Below, piece after piece: positions 29,289 through 35,263 of a DNA stretch of 35,263 bases; the first letter of the stretch is position 1, and the number at the start of each line of letters is the position of its first letter. Position numbers and translations under genes: made by a program. Source of the DNA: Pseudomonadota bacterium (GTDB lineage Bacteria > Pseudomonadota > Alphaproteobacteria > Sphingomonadales > JBCDDR01); assembly GCA_039180205.1 (NCBI GenBank), contig JBCDDR010000003.1, forward strand, positions 1 to 35,263, in the 5' to 3' direction. The notes beneath the pieces were generated by a model. That model was not told the DNA's origin and did not search any database. It was given only the letters and a program-made list of their open reading frames with translations.

Positions 29289-30413
29289 ATGACCGATTTC
29301 ACACATCAATTATCAAAATCTGCGTCTGGTTGGATGTCCCGGTTTACCGCGGGCAATCGCTTTCAGGAAATGGCTATTCGCCTTCCTTTTTTTAATCAGA
29401 TCACTCGTCATTATCTTCGTGACCTTTTCGGCCTGATGACCGGCTTTGTTGGCGCTCAGGTTCTGGCCGCCTGCGTTGAGCTCGACCTCTTTACCCAGCT
29501 TCGCGGCGGGCCAAAGTCACTTTCCGCGCTTTGCTTTCCATCCAAAATAAAGCCGAGGGAAGCCGCGCGATTGATGCAAACTGCCGAGAGCTTTGGTCTG
29601 GTGAAAATCAACCGCCGGGGCGACTATGCGCTCACCTTGAAAGGTTCAGCCATTGCTGCCGACCCTGGGATTGCCGTGATGGTCAAACATCACGCCAGAT
29701 TATATCAGGATCTACAATCACCGCTGGCGCTTTTTGAAACACCGATGCCGCGGACCGAATTGCGTGATTTTTGGCACTATACCGACCCCGAAAGCGCCGC
29801 GACCGAAGACAAGCACTCGCTCGCCTACAGCGATGTGATGGCAGCATCACAGCCAATGGTGATTGACGCCGTCCTGGCCGGTTTTCCATTTCATCACCAC
29901 AAACGCATTCTCGATATCGGCGGGGGACATGGTGGCTTTCTGACCCGGCTCCTCAGCAAAGTCCCTGAACTTGAAGCCACACTTGCCGACCTTCCGCCCG
30001 TCGCCGACGACGCCAAGGCGAAGCTTGCGAACACATCCGTTGCGCAGAGGATCAAGACAACAGGTATGGCTTTCCGCGTCGACGCATTTCCCCCTGATCA
30101 TGACTTGATCACCATGATTCGGATCGCCTTCGATCACCCGGATGAACGGCTTGAAATGCTCTTTTCTAAGGCTTTTGAAGCGCTCGATTCGGGGGGGCGC
30201 CTTCTGATTGCCGAGCCCATGGCATCGAAAAAACGATCACGGGCGGCGATCAACGGATATTTTGATATGTATCTTCTCGCAATGGGAGGCGGACGTCTGA
30301 GGACGGTTGAGGAATTCGCATCATTATTGCGCCGTGCCGGATTTGAAGCGCCGCGCCCGCACAAGTCGCGCACGCCCGAACTCATTTCCCTACTAAGCGC
30401 GCGCAAGCCCTGA
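29289..30413 (+). CDS. crtF: Hydroxyneurosporene/demethylspheroidene O-methyltransferase
   Basis: GFVGAQVLAACVELDLF, MVKHHARLYQDL, YSDVMAASQPMV, SAM motif LDIGGGHG, YFDMYLLAMGGGRLR; immediately upstream of bchC. Start is ATG 29289 or 29223. Confidence 0.9.
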   Translation: MTDFTHQLSKSASGWMSRFTAGNRFQEMAIRLPFFNQITRHYLRDLFGLMTGFVGAQVLAACVELDLFTQLRGGPKSLSALCFPSKIKPREAARLMQTAESFGLVKINRRGDYALTLKGSAIAADPGIAVMVKHHARLYQDLQSPLALFETPMPRTELRDFWHYTDPESAATEDKHSLAYSDVMAASQPMVIDAVLAGFPFHHHKRILDIGGGHGGFLTRLLSKVPELEATLADLPPVADDAKAKLANTSVAQRIKTTGMAFRVDAFPPDHDLITMIRIAFDHPDERLEMLFSKAFEALDSGGRLLIAEPMASKKRSRAAINGYFDMYLLAMGGGRLRTVEEFASLLRRAGFEAPRPHKSRTPELISLLSARKP

Positions 30414-30490
30414 GTGGCGGTACGATCTCATACCCGGATTGCCGACGGACCCATCACATCGATTTGATTAAAAAATATTGACGATCTATG

Positions 30491-30534
30491 TGTAAATCTA
30501 GGTTGACAACTCATCTCGTTTAATTAGACTGACA
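30491..30534 (+). promoter_or_regulatory. bchC promoter with tandem PpsR/CrtJ palindromes
   Basis: TGTAAATCTAGGTTGACA (30491-30508, perfect TGT-N12-ACA) and CGTTTAATTAGACTGACA (30517-30534, one mismatch), 8 bp apart as in Rhodobacter bchC; they overlap TTGACA-N16-TAGACT. Confidence 0.85.
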
Positions 30535-30669
30535 GGACTAGTTTTAGACTCTTGTTGAGAGTGGAAAGTGGGTTGGGCGTCCGCGAAAGGGCGCCGGTTG
30601 CGGTGGACCAGGGTTGAGGACGCCGACGTTATTGGCCCGCCACAAACGACGGTAAACGAGATACATCTC

Positions 30670-31611
30670 ATGCAAACAGAAGCGATTGTTCTGACAGCTC
30701 CGCGCCAACTGGCCGTTGAGCGCTTATCGCTCGTCAAGCTCGCCCCAGGCGATGTTCTGATCGACGTGGAGTGGTGCGGGGTTAGCTCTGGAACCGAGCG
30801 TCTGCTATGGTCGGGCGAAATGCCCCCCTTCCCTGGCATGGGCTACCCGCTGGTACCAGGCTATGAATCCGTAGGTCGCGTGATTGCGCTCGGCGACAAA
30901 GTTGAAAAGAGCGATTTGCGGATTGGGGATCGGGTCTTCGCGCCAGGTTCCTATAGTTTTGAAGATGCTTTCTGCCTGTTCGGCGGTGCTGCCCGACGGC
31001 TGGTCGTTGCCGCAGAGAAAGTGCGAAAAATCCCCGATGGTCTGGGTCAGGAAGGCGTATTGCTTGCCCTCGCAGCGACGGCGCATCACGCGCTGAAACG
31101 CGGCGGTATTCCTGATTTGATTGTGGGTCATGGCGTTCTCGGCAGGTTGCTTGCCCGCCTGGTTCAGGCGCACGGCGCGACACCGGTCGTTTGGGAACGC
31201 GAAAATTGTCGCCGAACGGGTAACTTTGCCTATCCGTTGCGAACCGCCGAGACCGATCCCGAGGCAAAATACAAGGTCATCTGCGACGTGAGCGGTGATC
31301 CGAAGATTCTCGATGTGCTGACCCGTCGCCTTCACCGTGGTGGACGCGTCGTCCTTGCGGGATTTTATGCGGCCCCGGTTCAGTTTTTATTTCCCCCCGC
31401 GTTCATGGCCGAAGCCGAGTTTCGCATCGCCGCCGAGTGGACACCGGGAGACATGGATATGGTTCTCAGCCTCATTGACGCGGGCAAGCTCAGCCTCGAT
31501 GGGCTGATCACCCATAGCGCGCCCCCGAAACAGGCTGAGTCCGCCTATGCGACGGCGTTTGAAGATGCCGAATGTTTGAAAATGGTAATTGATTGGAGAG
31601 ATGCAGCATGA
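30670..31611 (+). CDS. bchC: 3-hydroxyethyl bacteriochlorophyllide a dehydrogenase
   Basis: SSGTERLLWSGEMPPFPGMGYPLVPGYESVG, LLALAATAHHA, GHGVLGRL, FPPAFMAE, CLKMVIDWR. Confidence 0.97.
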   Translation: MQTEAIVLTAPRQLAVERLSLVKLAPGDVLIDVEWCGVSSGTERLLWSGEMPPFPGMGYPLVPGYESVGRVIALGDKVEKSDLRIGDRVFAPGSYSFEDAFCLFGGAARRLVVAAEKVRKIPDGLGQEGVLLALAATAHHALKRGGIPDLIVGHGVLGRLLARLVQAHGATPVVWERENCRRTGNFAYPLRTAETDPEAKYKVICDVSGDPKILDVLTRRLHRGGRVVLAGFYAAPVQFLFPPAFMAEAEFRIAAEWTPGDMDMVLSLIDAGKLSLDGLITHSAPPKQAESAYATAFEDAECLKMVIDWRDAA

Positions 31612-32603
31612 GCCCGTTAAGCCCAACATCCCCCAACGGAGAGCGGCCTGAGCCGCATGAACCATCCTCAGGAAAACCTGAAGAGAATAGCGCCAAAAAA
31701 GAAACGCAGATCATTGCGATCTATGGCAAAGGCGGCATCGGCAAAAGCTTCACGCTTGCAAACCTCAGCTATATGATGGCGCAACAGGGCAAACGTGTTT
31801 TGCTGATTGGCTGCGATCCGAAAAGCGATACGACGTCGCTGCTCTTTGGCGGTCGTTCCTGCCCGACAATTATTGAAACGTCTGCCGCGAAGAAAGCTGC
31901 CGGGGAAGACGTGAGCATCTCCGACGTCTGCTTCAAACGCGATGGTGTGTTTGCCATGGAGCTCGGCGGTCCCGAAGTGGGGCGTGGCTGCGGCGGTCGG
32001 GGCATTATCCACGGCTTTGAACTTTTGGAGTCGCTCGGCTTTCACGAGTGGGACTTTGACTATGTTTTGCTCGACTTTCTCGGCGATGTCGTCTGCGGCG
32101 GCTTCGGTCTGCCAATTGCGCGCGATCTTTGTCAGAAGGTCATTGTGGTCGGGTCGAACGACCTGCAATCGCTTTATGTCGCAAACAATGTCTGCTCCGC
32201 CGTTGAGTATTTTCGCAGGCTCGGCGGCAATGTCGGTGTCGCGGGCCTCGTGATCAATAAGGATGATGGCACCGGCGAGGCAAAGGCTTTTGCTGATGCC
32301 GTCGGGATCCCGGTTCTGGCAGCAATCCCGCAGGACGAGGATATCCGCCGCAAATCCGCGAACTATCAGATCATCGGCAAGCCTGGCAGCCCCTGGGCAT
32401 CGCTGTTTGAGGGCCTCGCCACAGAAGCCGCTGACGCCCCGCCCTTGCTGCCCAACGCGCTTGAACAGGAGGCGCTGCTCGACCTTTTCGACGCCGAGGA
32501 AACCGGTCGCGATTATGTCCTCGAACCTGCGTCCAGCGCCGACATGCATGGCGGCTCGCTGCCGGAGGTGAAAACCCTCGAAGTGATTTACGACAACGTG
32601 TGA
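31608..32603 (+). CDS. bchX: Chlorophyllide a reductase iron protein subunit X
   Basis: [53 protein letters not shown]; ATGA overlap with bchC. Confidence 0.98.
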   Translation: MSPLSPTSPNGERPEPHEPSSGKPEENSAKKETQIIAIYGKGGIGKSFTLANLSYMMAQQGKRVLLIGCDPKSDTTSLLFGGRSCPTIIETSAAKKAAGEDVSISDVCFKRDGVFAMELGGPEVGRGCGGRGIIHGFELLESLGFHEWDFDYVLLDFLGDVVCGGFGLPIARDLCQKVIVVGSNDLQSLYVANNVCSAVEYFRRLGGNVGVAGLVINKDDGTGEAKAFADAVGIPVLAAIPQDEDIRRKSANYQIIGKPGSPWASLFEGLATEAADAPPLLPNALEQEALLDLFDAEETGRDYVLEPASSADMHGGSLPEVKTLEVIYDNV

Positions 32604-34240
32604 AGAACCAGGCGAAGCTCATGTCCGAAACCAATCAAAACGCAGACAATGCCCGCGCTGAAGTGGTTTATGATCGAAGTGCGGATGTCCAGGTATCATC
32701 AGGAATGCCAACCGAAGCACCTGCGTCCGCTGAAACCACAGTCAGTGGATGTCATGCAGGTGCCGATGAAATGCGCAAGGCCGCTGAGGCCGCTGGCAAT
32801 AGCGAGCTTCTCGCGCAGTATGCGAAAGACTACCCCACAGGCCCGCATGATCAGCCGCAAAGCATGTGTCCTGCGTTCGGCTCGCTCCGCGTCGGGCTGC
32901 GCATGAAACGCACGGCCACCGTTCTCAGCGGGTCGGCATGCTGCGTTTATGGTCTCACATTCACGTCCCATTTCTATGGTGCGCGGCGCACGGTCGGGTA
33001 TGTGCCCTTCAATTCGGAAACGCTCGTCACCGGCAAGCTCTTTGAGGATATCAAGGAAGCGGTCGAAGACCTGGCGAACCCCGATGAATATGACGCCATC
33101 GTCGTGACCAACCTTTGTGTACCCACGGCCTCGGGCGTGCCGCTGCGCCTGTTGCCAAAGGAAATCAATGGGGTGCGGATCATTGGGATCGATGTGCCGG
33201 GCTTTGGCGTGCCGACCCATGCGGAAGCCAAAGACATTCTGGCGGGCGCGATGCTCAACTACGCCCGCAAGGAAGCGCAGACGGGACCCGTTCTTCCGCC
33301 CAAGTCCGCCTCGGAAACAAAGCCCACCATCACCCTGCTCGGCGAGATGTTCCCGGCTGACCCCATGTCGATCAGTGCGATGCTTGAGCCGCTCGGTTTA
33401 GCGGCCGGCCCGGTTGTGCCGACGCGCGAGTGGCGTGAGCTTTATGGCGCGCTTGATTGCGCCGGTGTCGCCGCGATCCATCCCTTCTATACCGCCTGCG
33501 TACGCGAGTTTGAGTCGGCTGGTCGACCGATCATCGGTTCCGCCCCGGTTGGTGTCGATGGCACTGCCGCTTGGCTCGAAGCCATTGCCGATATGACCGG
33601 CGCACCTGCCGCCGCCCTCGATCAGGCGAAGGCGCAGTTCCTGCCAGCCATCAAAGGGGCGCTTGCGGCAAAGCCGGTTGAAGGGCGCATCACCATGTCA
33701 GGCTATGAAGGATCGGAATTGTTGGTCGCGCGCCTGCTGATCGAAAGTGGTGCAGATGTGCGCTATGTGGGCACTGCCTGCCCGCGGACAAAATGGTCGG
33801 ATGCTGACCGCGAGTGGTTGGAAGCCAAGGGCGTCCATGTCCAATTCCGCGCTTCGCTTGAAAACGACCTGGCCGCGTTTGAGGCGTTTCAGCCTGATTT
33901 GGCAATCGGCACCACGCCTGTCGTCCAAAAAGCAAAAGAAGCCGCTGTTCCCTCGCTTTATTTTACCAATCTCATTTCGGCACGGCCGTTGATGGGGCCT
34001 GCCGGCGCTGGTGCGATTGCCGATGTGATTGCAGGCGCGCTTGCCTCGAAGGCGCGCTTTAAGACAATGGACGAGTTCTTTGGTGAAGTGGGCAAGGGCC
34101 ACAATGCCGGTGTCTGGCAGGATACGCCCAAAGCCCCGCCAAAGCCGCGACGGAAGATCAATCTCAAGGCGAAGGCTGACGCCGAAGCTGCCAAAAAAGC
34201 AGACAAATCGCGGCCCGTTGAGGGAGCGATCGGATGCTAG
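32600..34240 (+). CDS. bchY: Chlorophyllide a reductase subunit Y
   Basis: [55 protein letters not shown]. Start is GTG 32600 or ATG 32621. Confidence 0.97.
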   Translation: MKNQAKLMSETNQNADNARAEVVYDRSADVQVSSGMPTEAPASAETTVSGCHAGADEMRKAAEAAGNSELLAQYAKDYPTGPHDQPQSMCPAFGSLRVGLRMKRTATVLSGSACCVYGLTFTSHFYGARRTVGYVPFNSETLVTGKLFEDIKEAVEDLANPDEYDAIVVTNLCVPTASGVPLRLLPKEINGVRIIGIDVPGFGVPTHAEAKDILAGAMLNYARKEAQTGPVLPPKSASETKPTITLLGEMFPADPMSISAMLEPLGLAAGPVVPTREWRELYGALDCAGVAAIHPFYTACVREFESAGRPIIGSAPVGVDGTAAWLEAIADMTGAPAAALDQAKAQFLPAIKGALAAKPVEGRITMSGYEGSELLVARLLIESGADVRYVGTACPRTKWSDADREWLEAKGVHVQFRASLENDLAAFEAFQPDLAIGTTPVVQKAKEAAVPSLYFTNLISARPLMGPAGAGAIADVIAGALASKARFKTMDEFFGEVGKGHNAGVWQDTPKAPPKPRRKINLKAKADAEAAKKADKSRPVEGAIGC

Positions 34241-35250
34241 TCAACGACCATGATCGCGCCGGCGGCTATTGGGGGTCGGTTTACGCATTCACCGCCATCA
34301 AGGGTCTGCAATGCATCATCGACGGTCCGGTTGGATGCGAAAACCTGCCGGTTACGTCGGTGCTCCATTACACCGACGCGCTGCCGCCGCATGAGCTGCC
34401 GATTGTTGTTACCGGGCTTGGCGAGGAAGAACTCGGCAAGACAGGTACCGAAGGTGCGATGAAGCGCGCGCATTCAACAATCGACCCTGACCAACCCGCC
34501 GTTGTGGTGACAGGTTCAATCGCCGAGATGATCGGTGGCGGTGTTACGCCCGAAGGGACGAACATACTTCGGTTTCTGCCGCGGACAATCGATGAGGACC
34601 AGTGGCAGAGCGCCGACCGCGCCATTAAGTGGCTGTGGAACCAGTACGGTATGAAGGGCAAGAAAATGCCCAAGGAAAAGGCCCGTTCCGAAGGCGCGAA
34701 GCCGCGGGTCAATATCATCGGGCCTATCTACGGCACCTTCAACATGCCCTCCGACCTTGCTGAAATCCGTCGCCTCGTCGAGGGGATCGGTGCCGAGATC
34801 AATTTGCCCTATCCACTCGGCAGCCATATCAAAGACACGCCTCGGCTCGTCGATGCCGATGTCAATATCTGTATGTATCGCGAATTTGGTCGTATGACCT
34901 GTGAGGCGCTCGAGAAACCCTATCTCCAGGCTCCCATCGGGCTTCATTCGACAACGAAGTTTCTGCGCAAACTTGGCGAACTGCTGGGTCTGGACCCCGA
35001 ACCCTTTATCGAGCGCGAAAAGCATACGACAATCAAACCGCTGTGGGATCTGTGGCGCTCGGTAACGCAAGACTTTTTTGCAACCGCAAGCTTTGGTATG
35101 GTGGCAACAGAAACCTATGCCCGGGGCCTGCGCAATTTCCTGGAAACCGAGATGGGCCTGCCCTGCACGTTCGCCTTTTCACGCGAAGCGGGACGCAAAC
35201 CCGACAACCAAGCGGTTGAGGAAGCGATCAGCAGTAAGCCGCCGCTGATC
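34234..35250 (+). CDS. bchZ: Chlorophyllide a reductase subunit Z (3' truncated by contig end; absent from ORF track)
   Basis: Manual translation from ATG 34234: [56 protein letters not shown]...; the same frame ends [10 protein letters not shown] at 35250. Confidence 0.96.
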
Positions 35251-35263
35251 AGATCGGAAGAGC
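35251..35263 (+). other. Illumina TruSeq adapter remnant (artefact)
   Basis: The terminal 13 nt are AGATCGGAAGAGC, the standard Illumina adapter prefix. Confidence 0.95.

Noticed and set aside
30464-30490. Possible FnrL box upstream of bchC (TTGAT/TTGAC half-sites)
   Set aside because: No matching ATCAA half-site at N4 spacing.
31608-32603. NifH-like ATPase suggesting nitrogenase
   Set aside because: Sequence and bchC-X-Y-Z context identify it as chlorophyllide reductase BchX.

Overview
Alphaproteobacterial chromosomal or contig fragment (probably from a short-read or metagenomic assembly) with three parts. (1) 1-7.6 kb: conserved minus-strand core block folK-rpoZ-rsh(spoT)-pyrE-pdxJ-acpS-lepB-rnc, plus a family-5 uracil-DNA glycosylase. 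(2) 7.6-24.4 kb: an M13 lipoprotein peptidase; the four-gene ligase-associated DNA-damage module in a divergent layout (pdeM<-lhr<- ->exonuclease->ATP-dependent ligase) with a candidate alphaproteobacterial LexA box; smpB-dapA; a soluble lytic transglycosylase; a secreted six-EF-hand protein; PPK2; and an M1 aminopeptidase/DUF6702 pair. (3) 24.5 kb-end: the edge of an anoxygenic photosynthesis gene cluster (crtC, crtD, crtE, crtF, bchC, bchX, bchY, partial bchZ) with PpsR/CrtJ palindromes. The most unusual element is an apparently intact LpxR-family outer-membrane lipid A deacylase-like gene between crtE and crtF, co-oriented and followed by a 40-bp inverted repeat related to short intergenic motifs elsewhere, including one at the cluster edge. 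The last 13 nt are Illumina adapter, not genome. All calls come from motif recognition by eye; no database searches were run.
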